DNA from: Oscillospiraceae bacterium
GTDB taxonomy: Bacteria > Bacillota > Clostridia > Oscillospirales > CAG-272
Direction of reading: 5' to 3'
Assembly (NCBI GenBank): GCA_015064855.1
Contig: SVRK01000004.1
Span: 129,445 to 193,444 of the forward strand
DNA: 64,000 nt
The stretch's first letter is position 1. The number at the start of each line of letters is the position of its first letter. Both the position numbers and the translations under genes were made by a program. This document shows, piece by piece, positions 31,912 through 41,899 of this stretch. The notes under the pieces were generated by a model that was not told the DNA's origin, made no database searches, and saw only the letters and a list, made by a program, of their open reading frames with translations.

Positions 31912-32871
31912 TTAGTTGGATTTATAAAAAATCCCTTGATACGTGTCGCGTTTTACAAGCTCCTTATCAATATCGTTGATAACGGAAACCTTTTTACGCG
32001 ACCATTCGGGTGCTAAAAGTAAATCGCCGAGTCCGTCGCCCGTTACTCGCTCAATAACTACATCAGGCGGTATAATTTCAAGCTGATCGCACACGATTTT
32101 TACATATTCGTCCTTTTCGAGCGGTGTGTATTTGCCGGACTTATAAAGTGTGCCGAGTAGAGTGCCCTTCAAGACGTGTAAAAGATGTATTTTCAGTATA
32201 TCTGGATGTAATTTTTGCACACAGGTCGCGGTGTTTTGCATATCCTTGGCGGTTTCATTTGGTAAGCCGTTGATAATATGAACACCTATTTTTACATTTG
32301 GTGCGCCCTGTCTTAATCTATAAAAAGCGTCCTCAAAGACCGAAAATGGGTGTCCACGATTGATTTTCCTTGCGGTTTCGTCGTTCGCACTCTGCAAACC
32401 CAGCTCAACGGTTATAGGTATTTTTTTAGATATACGATTTAAGACCTCTATTTTCTCATTCTCAAGACAATCCGCACGAGTTGCTATATCAATCATTACA
32501 GCGCCCTCAAAATTAGACACTTGGTCAAGGATTTTTTCTAAATTCTCGGGGGATGTGTGCGTATTTGTATATGCTTGAAGGTAGGGAATATACTCGTTTG
32601 TCTGCCATTTGGCATTCATTATTTTAGTTCCTTGTCTATATTGCTCCTCTAATGGAAGCACCCGTCTTGTTTGCCCCCAGGAGCTACCACCTGAGCAGTA
32701 AATGCAACCGCCGTGTCCAACAGTGCCATCAATGTTTGGACAAGAGAGTCCACAGTCGAGCGGAATTTTTGCAATCTTGTGACCAAAGCGCTTGCGTAGG
32801 TAGTAGTCGTACGTATGGTATCGCTTGTTTGTGTCGGAAAAAGCAAATGGGTTATTATCAACCTGCGACAT
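31912..32871 (-). CDS. TIGR01212-family radical SAM protein
   Basis: KIPLDCGLSCPNIDGTVGHGGCIYCS is a typical N-terminus for the YtqA-like family. Confidence 0.8.
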   Translation of the reverse strand: MSQVDNNPFAFSDTNKRYHTYDYYLRKRFGHKIAKIPLDCGLSCPNIDGTVGHGGCIYCSGGSSWGQTRRVLPLEEQYRQGTKIMNAKWQTNEYIPYLQAYTNTHTSPENLEKILDQVSNFEGAVMIDIATRADCLENEKIEVLNRISKKIPITVELGLQSANDETARKINRGHPFSVFEDAFYRLRQGAPNVKIGVHIINGLPNETAKDMQNTATCVQKLHPDILKIHLLHVLKGTLLGTLYKSGKYTPLEKDEYVKIVCDQLEIIPPDVVIERVTGDGLGDLLLAPEWSRKKVSVINDIDKELVKRDTYQGIFYKSN

Positions 32872-32998
32872 AGTACCTCCTTTAAACAGCTTGCCTTGGA
32901 TAGCAATGGAAAGCCGTGGCTATCGCTTATATTTTACTACAAAAAAACCGCTATTTCAATATTGGCAAATAATAAAAATGATAAATTTTAAAAATTGC

Positions 32999-33027
32999 TT
33001 GACAAAGTAAGTTTCTTTTGCTATAAT
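32999..33027 (+). promoter_or_regulatory. Consensus sigma-A promoter for tRNA-Thr
   Basis: TTGACA (32999-33004) and TATAAT (33022-33027) are separated by a 17-bp spacer. Confidence 0.8.
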
Positions 33028-33049
33028 TATTTCGCAAAACTAAATAAAT

Positions 33050-33125
33050 GCTACTATGGCTCAGTTGGTAGAGCACATCCTTGGTAAGGATGAGGTCATC
33101 GGTTCGATTCCGATTAGTAGCTCCA
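33050..33125 (+). tRNA. tRNA-Thr (anticodon GGT), CCA encoded
   Basis: A hand-folded cloverleaf fits: acceptor GCTACTA/TAGTAGC, D arm GCTC/GAGC, anticodon stem CATCC/GGATG with loop TTGGTAA, and T arm ATCGG/CCGAT with TTCGATT. Confidence 0.9.
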
Positions 33126-33154
33126 AAAGCCCCACTAATTTAGTGGGGCTTTTA
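33126..33154 (+). terminator. Intrinsic terminator after tRNA-Thr
   Basis: AGCCCCACTA pairs with TAGTGGGGCT, followed by TTTT. Confidence 0.85.
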
Positions 33155-33158
33155 CTTA

Positions 33159-33206
33159 TTCACTTTTCACTTTTCACTAACGGGACGTCGAGGCGCCGTC
33201 CCCTAC
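33159..33206. repeat. REP-like module (GGGACG..CGTCCC hairpin plus TTCACT repeats)
   Basis: It is the reverse complement of 58568-58612. Confidence 0.85.
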
Positions 33207-33295
33207 AACCACCTTTTGCCTCCTACCTTTTTTCTTCCCCTCATCTAACCTCAGCGTTTGAAAAAGCGCGGAGTGGGGAGGCGCTTTTTAGCGCA

Positions 33296-33552
33296 AGTCA
33301 TTATCTCACCCGAGGGACGAGGGCGGAGAAAAAACGGACGAACACGACCGATAGGTGTACTTGCGTACATCGGAGGAAGTGGTCGTTTGTAGAAATCACA
33401 AGAGGAAAACGCACACCATTCGGTGTGCGTTTTCGACCTTATATTTATTTTATTGGGGATAGCGGACGACCAATGGTCACTCCTACTATATTAGGATGGT
33501 TTGAATGTGAATTTTATGTGATTTCGGTTTTACCCGTTTTCGCTCCCTCTTA
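33296..33552 (-). repeat. ~250-bp composite repeat, inverted copy
   Basis: By eye, its reverse complement aligns along its length with 62112-62360. Shared parts include GAGGGAGCGAAAACGGGTAAAACCGAAATCACA, the GGTCG-type hairpin and the hairpin AAAACGCACACC..GGTGTGCGTTTT. Confidence 0.85.
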
Positions 33553-34029
33553 AAGCATGAAGTCGTCAGGAACAGGAATCTTCGCATCAAGCTTCTTCTT
33601 GCGGTTGTAATCTGACCTTGGGTTGATAATCTCACGATAGTCAAGGTCGCCCCTTTCAAGTGCGGTAACTATTGTTTCGGCTGTTGCGATATTTGTTGCC
33701 AAAAGTGTATTATGAACGTCACATAAGCGGAGCAGGTTTTGCTCAATCAAATAGTGGCCGTTATAGTATGAATCGTTTGTCGGTGTGGTTGAGCGGAAAT
33801 AGAAGAGAATATCTATTTCGTCGTAGGCAATACGAGAAGCTATTTGCTGCTCGCCCCCGAGCTCACCCGATAAAAGCTTTTCAATTTTTAGGCCGGTAGC
33901 TTCGGAAATGTATGCGCCCGTTGTACTTGTTGCACAGATTGAATGCTTGCTTAAAATACCGCAATAAGCGATACAAAACTGTGTGATCAGTTCTTTTTTA
34001 GTGTCGTCAGCAATTATAGCAATTTCCAT
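33550..34029 (-). CDS. Methylglyoxal synthase-like (MGS fold) protein, divergent
   Basis: It aligns by eye to MgsA (IAIIADDTKK, ATSTTG, GELGGEQQI), but several catalytic positions are substituted. Confidence 0.6.
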   Translation of the reverse strand: MEIAIIADDTKKELITQFCIAYCGILSKHSICATSTTGAYISEATGLKIEKLLSGELGGEQQIASRIAYDEIDILFYFRSTTPTNDSYYNGHYLIEQNLLRLCDVHNTLLATNIATAETIVTALERGDLDYREIINPRSDYNRKKKLDAKIPVPDDFML

Positions 34030-34440
34030 ATGTTACCTCCCGAAGTGGATTCTCCACTTGTTATATTATCACAGAATGTGCCTTTGTGTCAATAATTTTT
34101 GTAAATTTTGCCAAAAAAGATATGATATTTTTATTGTAAAATCAATACTTTTCGTCAAAATACACAAAATTTGTTCGCCTGTATCGTAAATATGCACAAA
34201 TTATGAATTGCTGTTAAAAAGATATGCCAAAAAATATGAAACAAAACTAATAAAAAAATTCAAATATAGTAAAAATGATATTGACAAATTAAATATACTT
34301 TGGTATAATATTAAAAAATAAATCTGCGCGAGTAATTTGCAAGATTTTATGTCGTTATACGACATAAGTATATAAAAGTGGTCCTGTCTTGCTTTAAGAT
34401 AGGCTTTTTTATGGAAAACAAGGTGTTTGGGGGTATACGT

Positions 34441-35640
34441 ATGAAAGCATATACTAGATTTAAGGTTGATGAACATTTTGTAAGTGCCACTATTGGTAGC
34501 ACAGCTTTTTCCGTTTCCAATGATAATATTGTTATTTTTCCCGGTTTTTGTGATGTACACGTACATTTCAGAGAGCCGGGTTTTTCTTATAAGGAAACGA
34601 TAAAAACAGGCTCGTTATCAGCTTCAAACGGTGGCTACACGGACGTTTGCACAATGCCAAACCTCAAGCCTGTGCCCGACAGTAAAGAAAATTTAAAGGC
34701 ACAGCTTGATATAATAAAAGAAGATGCCAAAATCGGCGTTCATCCTTACGGCTCAATAACCGTTGGACAGATGGGAGAAACGCTTTCAGACCTTGATGAA
34801 ATGAAGGATTTGGCTATCGCCTTTTCGGACGATGGCAGAGGCGTACAGAGCGATTTGATGATGGAAAGCGCAATGCGAAAGGCTAAAGAGCTTGACAAAA
34901 TCATAGTTGCACACTGCGAAATAAACGAGCTTTTGAAGGGCGGATATATCCACGACGGAGAGTTTGCAAGACTCAACGGAATGAAGGGCATATGCTCCGA
35001 AAGCGAGTGGGGACAGATAAAGCGCGATATTGAGCTTGTAAAGAAAACAGGCTGTAAATACCACGTATGCCACATCTCAACCAAGGAAAGCGTTGAGCTA
35101 ATCCGAGAGGCAAAAAAGGACGGAGTAGATATCACAGCTGAGACAGGGCCTCATTATCTTGTATTTAACGATATGCAAATAAAGGACGAGGGCAGGTTTA
35201 AAATGAATCCGCCAATAAGGAGTGAGGCGGACAGGCTCGCACTTATTGAGGGAATAAAGGACGGCACTATTGATATGATTGCCACAGACCACGCGCCTCA
35301 TTCACTTGAGGAAAAAAGCAAGGGTCTTGCCGGCAGTACAATGGGTGTTGTCGGACTTGAAACAGCGTTTGCGGTAATGTACACGCACTTTGTAAAGATG
35401 GGCGAAATCACAATGGAAAAATTGCTTGATTTACTGTGCTACAATGCAAGAGCGCGCTTTAATATCCCGCTTGGAGAGTCCTACACCGTGTTTGACCTTG
35501 ATTCTAAATTTAAGGTTGACCCGAGCAAATTTTTATCAATGGGCAGAGCAACACCGTTTGAGGGTGACCCCCTTTATGGCGAATGCTTAATGACCGTCAA
35601 GGACGGAAAAATAATTACCTTAAACCACAAGGAAGCATAA
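34441..35640 (+). CDS. pyrC: Dihydroorotase
   Basis: The metal motif DVHVHFREPG and the sequence ATDHAPH are present. The start is uncertain between 34411 and 34441. Confidence 0.88.
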   Translation: MKAYTRFKVDEHFVSATIGSTAFSVSNDNIVIFPGFCDVHVHFREPGFSYKETIKTGSLSASNGGYTDVCTMPNLKPVPDSKENLKAQLDIIKEDAKIGVHPYGSITVGQMGETLSDLDEMKDLAIAFSDDGRGVQSDLMMESAMRKAKELDKIIVAHCEINELLKGGYIHDGEFARLNGMKGICSESEWGQIKRDIELVKKTGCKYHVCHISTKESVELIREAKKDGVDITAETGPHYLVFNDMQIKDEGRFKMNPPIRSEADRLALIEGIKDGTIDMIATDHAPHSLEEKSKGLAGSTMGVVGLETAFAVMYTHFVKMGEITMEKLLDLLCYNARARFNIPLGESYTVFDLDSKFKVDPSKFLSMGRATPFEGDPLYGECLMTVKDGKIITLNHKEA

Positions 35641-35679
35641 AACAGTTTATTAAAAAATTCATATAAAACAGAAAAGAGT

Positions 35680-35835
35680 TTTAGAGGGTGAGAGAAATGG
35701 CGTGAACGAGTCATATTAGGGGTTCCACGAAACGAAGCATGAGTTTTGGGGGTTCCCGTGGGCGTACTAGTGTACGACAGAGGACTCGGTCGCGACAAGA
35801 AAAGCATAAAAGAGATTTTTCGTGAAAAATCTCTA
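35680..35835. repeat. REP-like modules between pyrC and carB
   Basis: GAGGGTGAGAGAAATGGCGTGAACGAG and GGCGTACTAGTGTACGACAGAGGACTCGGTCGCGA resemble parts of the 62112-62360 element. The hairpin AGAGATTTTTCGTGAAAAATCTCT is also present. Confidence 0.6.
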
Positions 35836-35927
35836 CCTTAAAAGGTTCGATATCGTCTTGATATCTAAAGAAAAATATTGCTTTTCGTTTTATCCAGCCT
35901 GTAAAGCTCTTACGAAAAGGAGAAAAT

Positions 35928-38900
35928 ATGGCAAAGAGAACAGACATCAAAAGAGTAATGATTATAGGCTCAGGTCCTATTATTATCGGTCAAGCGGCAG
36001 AGTTTGACTATGCCGGCACACAAGCCTGTCTTGCACTTAAGGAGGAAGGCTACGAGGTTATCCTTGTAAACTCCAACCCTGCTACAATTATGACAGACAC
36101 AACTATTGCAGACAAGGTTTATATGGAGCCATTGACCCTTGAATACGTTGCAAAGATTATCCGTTATGAAAGACCGGACGCGATTGTTCCCGGTATCGGC
36201 GGACAAACTGGTCTTAATCTCGCTATGCAGCTTGAAAAGAAGGGCATTCTAAAGGAGAACGGTGTTGAGCTTCTTGGTACAAGCTCAAAGAGTATTGAAA
36301 GAGCAGAGGACAGAGAATTATTCAAGGAGCTTTGCGAGGAAATTGGCGAGCCGGTAATTCCTTCTGAAATTGCAAACAATATGGAAGAGGCTATGGCTGC
36401 TATTGAGAAAATCGGCTTTCCTGTTGTTCTTCGTCCTGCATTTACCCTTGGCGGTACAGGCGGTGGCTTTGCTTACAATATGGAAGAATACGTTACTCTT
36501 GCGGAGGGCGCATTGGCAGCATCTCCTGTTCATCAGGTTCTTGTTGAAAAGAGTGTAAAGGGCTACAAGGAAATTGAATTTGAGGTTATGCGCGACGGTG
36601 AGGATAACGCTATAACAATATGCGGTATGGAAAACATCGACCCTGTTGGTGTACACACAGGTGACTCACTTGTTGTTGCTCCTATTTTGACTCTTAATGA
36701 AAAAGACCACAAGATGCTTAACGATAGCGCAATTAAGCTTATCAAGGCTCTTAAAATATCCGGTGGATGTAACGTACAGTTCGCACTTAACCCCGAAACA
36801 AGCGAATATTATCTAATCGAGGTTAACCCACGCGTTTCCCGTTCATCAGCTCTTGCATCCAAGGCAAGCGGTTATCCAATTGCAAGAGTTACAGCAAAGG
36901 TAGCGCTTGGCATGACTCTTGATGAAATTACAGTTGCGGGTGCAAAGGCATCACACGAGCCAAGCCTTGACTACATCGTTGCGAAGTTCCCACGCTTCCC
37001 ATTCGATAAGTTTACGACTGTTCCAAACAAGTTAGGAACTCAAATGAAGGCAACCGGTGAGTGTATGGGCATCGGCTCTAACCTTGAGGAGTGCTTGCTC
37101 AAATCCGCAAGAAGCTTGGAAATCGGCGTTTGCCACCTTCATATGGCTAAATTTGACGAGCTTTCTTTAGAAGAAATTAAGGAATATATTAAGGAATTCC
37201 ACGACGATAACGCGTTTGCTATTTGCGAGCTTCTTCGTCGAGGTGTAACAACATCAGAGCTTCACGAAATCACAAAGATTACCGAATATTTCTTAAAATC
37301 ATTTGAGAAAATCGTAAAGATGGAAAAATCACTTTCCGAAAACAAAGAGGATGCAAATCTTGTTCGCGAAGCGAAGGAAATGGGCTTCAGCGATAAGTAC
37401 ATTGCAAAGCTTTGGAACGTATGCGAGAAAGAGGTTTACGCATTCCGTCACGCAAACTCGATAATTCCTAACTTCAAGATGGTTGATACCGCTCACGTTG
37501 GCGCATACACACCATATTTCTATTCCTCATATCAAGGAAAGAACCAATCAATCTTGACAGATAGAAAGAAAATTATCGTTCTTGGCGCAGGTCCTATCCG
37601 TATCGGTCAGGGCGTTGAGTTCGACTATTCAACGGTACACGCAGTAACCACAATTAAAAAATCAGGTTACGAGGCAATTATTATAAACAACAACCCCGAA
37701 ACTGTTTCAACCGACTACACAACAGCGGACAAGCTTTACTTTGAGCCACTTACGGTTGAAGACGTTATGGAGGTTATCGAATATGAAAAGCCGGACGGAG
37801 TTATCGCATCCCTCGGCGGACAAACAGCTATTAACTTGGCAGCTCCACTTTACGAGCGCGGAGTTAAGCTAATCGGTACAGACTGTCAAGCTATTGACAG
37901 GGCTGAAAACCGCGATACCTTTGAAAAGATTCTTGAGGAATTACAAATTCCACAACCAAAGGGACAAGCAGTTACAAATATCCCTGACGGTGTAAGAGTA
38001 GCAAAAGAGGTTGGCTATCCTGTTCTTGTGCGTCCATCCTTCGTTCTTGGCGGACGTGCAATGCAGCTCGTTTCTAACGAAAATCAGCTTCGCCAATACC
38101 TAAGAACTGCGGTTGAAATCGACGAGGACAAGCCGGTTCTTGTTGACCACTATATTAGAGGTAAAGAGGTTGAGGTTGACGCAATCTGCGACGGACGTGA
38201 CGTATTTGTTGCGGGCATTATGGAGCTTGTTGAAAGAACAGGCGTTCACTCGGGCGACTCAATAAGCGTTTATCCATCATTCAGCATCTCCGATAAGGTT
38301 AAGGGCAAAATTCTTACCTACTCAAAGAAGCTCGGTCTTGGCATTGGTATTATTGGTCTATTCAATATTCAGTTTATCGTTGACTCAAACGACGACGTAT
38401 ATATTATTGAGGTTAACCCACGTTCATCAAGAACAGTTCCGTTCCTTTCAAAGTCAACAGGATATAGCCTTGCTGATATTGCAACAGAGGTTATCCTTGG
38501 TAAATCCTTAAAGGAGCTTGGAATTTTCGACCTCTATCCACAAGAAAAGAAACGCTGGTACTGTAAGGTTCCTGTGTTCTCACATAAGAAAATCAGCGGA
38601 GTTGATGCATACTTAAGCCCTGAAATGAAGTCAACAGGTGAGGCAATCGGCTATGACGATACGCTTAACCGTGCATTCTATAAGGCACTTCAAGCATCTG
38701 GCATGCAGGTTCAAAACTACGGTACTGTTTTAGTAACCGTTGCTGACAGTGATAAGGAGGAGGCACTTCCGCTTATCCGCAGATTCTACAACCTCGGCTT
38801 TAATATTGAGGCAACAGCGGGAACTGCTAAATTCCTAAAGGAAAACGGCATTAAAACAAGAGTTAAGCAAAAAATTGGCGAGGGCTCATCCGATATTCCT

Positions 38901-39101
38901 GAGTCAATGCGTCAAGGACACATCGCATACGTAATCAATACAAGCGACCTTGATACCGACCAAGGCAAGAAGGACGGATACCAAATCAGACATTTGGCAA
39001 TTGAAAACAATATTTCACTATTTACATCTCTTGATACAGTAAGAATTTTGCTTGACGTTTTAGAGGAAATCACAATCACAATTTCAACTATCGATGCTTA
39101 A
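35928..39101 (+). CDS. carB: Carbamoyl-phosphate synthase large subunit
   Basis: 1057 aa with duplicated ATP-grasp halves (IIGSGPIIIGQAAEFDYAGTQA and VLGAGPIRIGQGVEFDYS) and an MGS-like C-terminus. Confidence 0.97.
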   Translation: MAKRTDIKRVMIIGSGPIIIGQAAEFDYAGTQACLALKEEGYEVILVNSNPATIMTDTTIADKVYMEPLTLEYVAKIIRYERPDAIVPGIGGQTGLNLAMQLEKKGILKENGVELLGTSSKSIERAEDRELFKELCEEIGEPVIPSEIANNMEEAMAAIEKIGFPVVLRPAFTLGGTGGGFAYNMEEYVTLAEGALAASPVHQVLVEKSVKGYKEIEFEVMRDGEDNAITICGMENIDPVGVHTGDSLVVAPILTLNEKDHKMLNDSAIKLIKALKISGGCNVQFALNPETSEYYLIEVNPRVSRSSALASKASGYPIARVTAKVALGMTLDEITVAGAKASHEPSLDYIVAKFPRFPFDKFTTVPNKLGTQMKATGECMGIGSNLEECLLKSARSLEIGVCHLHMAKFDELSLEEIKEYIKEFHDDNAFAICELLRRGVTTSELHEITKITEYFLKSFEKIVKMEKSLSENKEDANLVREAKEMGFSDKYIAKLWNVCEKEVYAFRHANSIIPNFKMVDTAHVGAYTPYFYSSYQGKNQSILTDRKKIIVLGAGPIRIGQGVEFDYSTVHAVTTIKKSGYEAIIINNNPETVSTDYTTADKLYFEPLTVEDVMEVIEYEKPDGVIASLGGQTAINLAAPLYERGVKLIGTDCQAIDRAENRDTFEKILEELQIPQPKGQAVTNIPDGVRVAKEVGYPVLVRPSFVLGGRAMQLVSNENQLRQYLRTAVEIDEDKPVLVDHYIRGKEVEVDAICDGRDVFVAGIMELVERTGVHSGDSISVYPSFSISDKVKGKILTYSKKLGLGIGIIGLFNIQFIVDSNDDVYIIEVNPRSSRTVPFLSKSTGYSLADIATEVILGKSLKELGIFDLYPQEKKRWYCKVPVFSHKKISGVDAYLSPEMKSTGEAIGYDDTLNRAFYKALQASGMQVQNYGTVLVTVADSDKEEALPLIRRFYNLGFNIEATAGTAKFLKENGIKTRVKQKIGEGSSDIPESMRQGHIAYVINTSDLDTDQGKKDGYQIRHLAIENNISLFTSLDTVRILLDVLEEITITISTIDA

Positions 39102-39147
39102 GGAGGTGGCATAGCCACCTTCCTTTGGCGCGCTTAAAGGAATAAAA

Positions 39148-39876
39148 ATGAAGGACGTATTATTTACAGTAAAATCCAACAAGCAAATCGCTAAAATCAC
39201 TTATGAAATGGTGCTTACAGGCGATACAGAGGGAATTAAGGCGGGCGCTTTTGTAAACTTGAAGCTCGACGGCTTTTTCCTACGCCGTCCAATCTCTGTT
39301 TGCGAGGTTGACGGAAATGAATTGACTCTTATCTATAAGGTAGTTGGTAAGGGTACTGAAAAAATGGCAGAAATGACAGGTGGAGAACAAATTTGGACGC
39401 TCACAGGACTTGGTAACGGCTACGATTTATCAAAGAGTGGCGATATGCCAATGCTTGTAGGTGGCGGTGCAGGTGTTCCACCTATGTATGAGCTCTGCAA
39501 GCAACTAGTTAAAGAGGGCAAAAAGCCAAGCGTGGTGCTCGGCTTTGGCGCAAGTGACGAAATCTTTTACGAGGATAAATTCAAGGCTCTTGGTGCTGAC
39601 ACATACGTTACAACAGTTGACGGCTCGTATGGTATAAAGGGCTTCGTTACCGATGCATTTGATAAAATCGACTACACATATATTTACACCTGTGGTCCTG
39701 AGCCAATGCTAAAGGCGGTATATAATAAGAGCATAACAAGCGGTCAATACAGCTTTGAGGAAAGAATGGGCTGTGGCTTTGGCGCTTGTATGGGTTGCTC
39801 ATGCAAAACCAAATACGGAAACAAGAGAATCTGCAAGGACGGACCTGTGCTTATAAAGGAGGAAATCATATGGTAA
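39148..39876 (+). CDS. pyrK: Dihydroorotate dehydrogenase electron-transfer subunit
   Basis: It has an FAD/NAD-binding fold and the C-terminal 2Fe-2S cysteines CGFGACMGCSC...C. Confidence 0.88.
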   Translation: MKDVLFTVKSNKQIAKITYEMVLTGDTEGIKAGAFVNLKLDGFFLRRPISVCEVDGNELTLIYKVVGKGTEKMAEMTGGEQIWTLTGLGNGYDLSKSGDMPMLVGGGAGVPPMYELCKQLVKEGKKPSVVLGFGASDEIFYEDKFKALGADTYVTTVDGSYGIKGFVTDAFDKIDYTYIYTCGPEPMLKAVYNKSITSGQYSFEERMGCGFGACMGCSCKTKYGNKRICKDGPVLIKEEIIW

Positions 39877-40781
39877 GCTTGAAAACAGAGCTCTGTGGAA
39901 TTGAGCTTGATAACCCATTAATTCCTGCCTCGGGTACGTTTGGCTTTGGCTACGAGTTTGCAGAAATTTATGATATAAACTGTCTTGGCACGTTCTCATT
40001 TAAGGGAACAACCAAGGACGCGCGCTTTGGCAATCCAACCCCAAGAATTGCAGAGTGCGAAAACGCTATGATTAACTCGGTTGGACTACAAAACCCGGGT
40101 GTTGAAAACGTTATTAAAAACGAGCTTCCGAAGCTCAGAAAATGCTTTAACAAGCCTGTAATGGCAAACGTTAGCGGATTTTCGATAGAGGAGTACGTAT
40201 ATACAGTAGAAAAGCTTGACAAGGAAGAGGGAATTGGCTGGTTTGAGGTGAACATCAGCTGTCCTAACGTTCACGGAGGAGGTATGAGCTTCGGCACATC
40301 CCCTGAAATGGCGGCGGCGGTAACAAGAGCCGTAAGAGCCGTTACTAAAAAGCCACTTATTATTAAGCTCTCCCCAAATGTAACAGATATAGTTGCAATA
40401 GCAAAGGCGTGTGAGGAGGCAGGTGCTGATGGCATTAGCTTAATTAACACCTTGCTCGGTATGAAGATAGATTTAAAGACCAAAAAGCCTGTAATTGCAA
40501 ATAAAATGGGCGGTTTTTCAGGCCCTGCAATTAAGCCTGTGGCAATTAGAATGGTATATCAGGTATATGATGCGGTTAAAATTCCAATCGTCGGTGGCGG
40601 CGGAGTTTCGTGTGCCGAGGACGTAATTGAAATGATGCTCGCAGGCGCATCGGCGGTTCAAATCGGAGCGCAAAATCTTGTTGACCCAATGGCTTGTCCT
40701 AAAATTATAGCCGACTTGCCAAGGGTTATGGAAAAATATGGTATAAAAAATCTAAAGGATATAATAGGAGGTGCCCACTAA
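39870..40781 (+). CDS. pyrD: Dihydroorotate dehydrogenase 1B catalytic subunit
   Basis: [13 protein letters not shown] and [11 protein letters not shown] are present. A GGAGG RBS precedes the ATG at 39870, which overlaps pyrK by 7 nt. Confidence 0.92.
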   Translation: MVSLKTELCGIELDNPLIPASGTFGFGYEFAEIYDINCLGTFSFKGTTKDARFGNPTPRIAECENAMINSVGLQNPGVENVIKNELPKLRKCFNKPVMANVSGFSIEEYVYTVEKLDKEEGIGWFEVNISCPNVHGGGMSFGTSPEMAAAVTRAVRAVTKKPLIIKLSPNVTDIVAIAKACEEAGADGISLINTLLGMKIDLKTKKPVIANKMGGFSGPAIKPVAIRMVYQVYDAVKIPIVGGGGVSCAEDVIEMMLAGASAVQIGAQNLVDPMACPKIIADLPRVMEKYGIKNLKDIIGGAH

Positions 40782-41479
40782 TGGGAAAGGACGTAATTAT
40801 CGCTTGTGATTTTGCAAGCAAGGAAGATGTATTTAGTTTTCTTGACAAATTTGAAAACGAAAAGCCGTTTGTAAAAATCGGTATGGAGCTATTCAACGCA
40901 GAGGGACCTGAAATTGTACGCGAAATTAAGCGTAGAGGTCATAAAATATTCCTCGACTTAAAGCTTCACGACATTCCAAATACAGTTAAAAAGGCAATGG
41001 CGGTGCTTTCACGCCTTGACGTTGATATGACAAACGTACACGCTAGCGGTACTATTGCTATGATGGAGGCAGCTCTTGAGGGACTAAAACGTGAGGACGG
41101 CACTTGCCCACTTCTTATTGCGGTTACTCAATTAACCTCAACAAGCGAGGAAAGAATGAGAGATGACCTTCTTATTAACGAGCCAATGGATAAGGTGGTT
41201 ATGCACTATGCTCAAAATGCTAAAAAGGCAGGCCTTGCAGGTATCGTTTGCTCACCTCTTGAGGCAGAGAAGGTACATGCTACCTGTGGCAAGGACTTTG
41301 TTACAGTTACCCCGGGTGTTCGTTTTGCTGATGGTGACAAGGGCGACCAGGTAAGAGTTATGACACCTGCCGAGGCAAAGAAGATAGGCTCTGACTACAT
41401 AGTAGTTGGTAGACCAATCACAGCAGCTAGCGACCCTGTTGCAGCATATCGCAGATGCGTAAGCGAGTTTGTTGACTGA
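40781..41479 (+). CDS. pyrF: Orotidine-5'-phosphate decarboxylase
   Basis: IIACDF..., [22 protein letters not shown] and VVGRPIT are present. Confidence 0.93.
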   Translation: MGKDVIIACDFASKEDVFSFLDKFENEKPFVKIGMELFNAEGPEIVREIKRRGHKIFLDLKLHDIPNTVKKAMAVLSRLDVDMTNVHASGTIAMMEAALEGLKREDGTCPLLIAVTQLTSTSEERMRDDLLINEPMDKVVMHYAQNAKKAGLAGIVCSPLEAEKVHATCGKDFVTVTPGVRFADGDKGDQVRVMTPAEAKKIGSDYIVVGRPITAASDPVAAYRRCVSEFVD

Positions 41480-41528
41480 TAGCCTCCTTTGTAAAGGGAG
41501 GTGTCGCCATAGGCGACGGAGGGATTTT
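41480..41528. repeat. Left compound inverted repeat of DUF559 cassette 2
   Basis: TAGCCTCCTTTGTAAAGGGAGGT, then the hairpin GTCGCCATAGGCGAC, then GGAGGGATTTT. It starts one base after the pyrF stop, and its inner end supplies the GGAGG RBS of the DUF559 gene. Confidence 0.9.
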
Positions 41529-41530
41529 GT

Positions 41531-41899
41531 ATGAAATATAATCATAACAAAAATATTGTTCCGTTAGCTAAAGAGCTAAGGAAAAATATGACCTCTGAAG
41601 AAAAGCACCTATGGTATGATTTTTTAAGAAAGTATCCTATAAGGTTTTCAAGACAAAAGGTTATAGGAAATTATATAGTAGATTTTTATTGTGCAAAGGC
41701 TAATTTGGTAATAGAGCTTGACGGTTCACATCACGGACTTGAAAAGGAAACTGAAAAGGACGAAAAAAGAACCGAATATATTGAGTCGCTTGGGCTTACG
41801 GTGATAAGAATACCAAACTATGAAATAAAGGACAACTTTTTATATGTTTGCCGTTATATAGATAGCTTGGTGGAAAAATCCCTCCGTCAGCAAAGCTGA
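41531..41899 (+). CDS. DUF559 (Vsr/restriction-endonuclease-like) domain protein
   Basis: 122 aa with LRKNMTSEEKHLWYDFLR...RQKVIGNYIVDFYC...IELDGSHH. It is a paralog of 1935..2303. Confidence 0.85.
   Translation: MKYNHNKNIVPLAKELRKNMTSEEKHLWYDFLRKYPIRFSRQKVIGNYIVDFYCAKANLVIELDGSHHGLEKETEKDEKRTEYIESLGLTVIRIPNYEIKDNFLYVCRYIDSLVEKSLRQQS

Noticed and set aside
33056-33553. 165-aa ORF on the + strand
   Set aside because: It begins inside tRNA-Thr and runs through the terminator and repeat modules. Its translation is low-complexity repeat read-through and there is no RBS.
34201-34566. 121-aa ORF on the - strand upstream of pyrC
   Set aside because: It is AT-rich promoter-region DNA. The predicted protein has a skewed Ile/Asn/Phe/Lys composition, and it overlaps the pyrC 5' end.
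35641-35927. PyrR-type attenuator or other pyrimidine leader before carB
   Set aside because: No UCCAGAGAGG-like binding loop is present. The hairpins match the dispersed repeat modules instead.
39100-39126. Hairpin AAGGAGGTGGCATAGCCACCTTCCTT after carB as a member of the DUF559-associated repeat family
   Set aside because: The similarity is limited to the short CCACCTTCC motif. It may simply be an intercistronic stem-loop, and there is not enough evidence to assign it.
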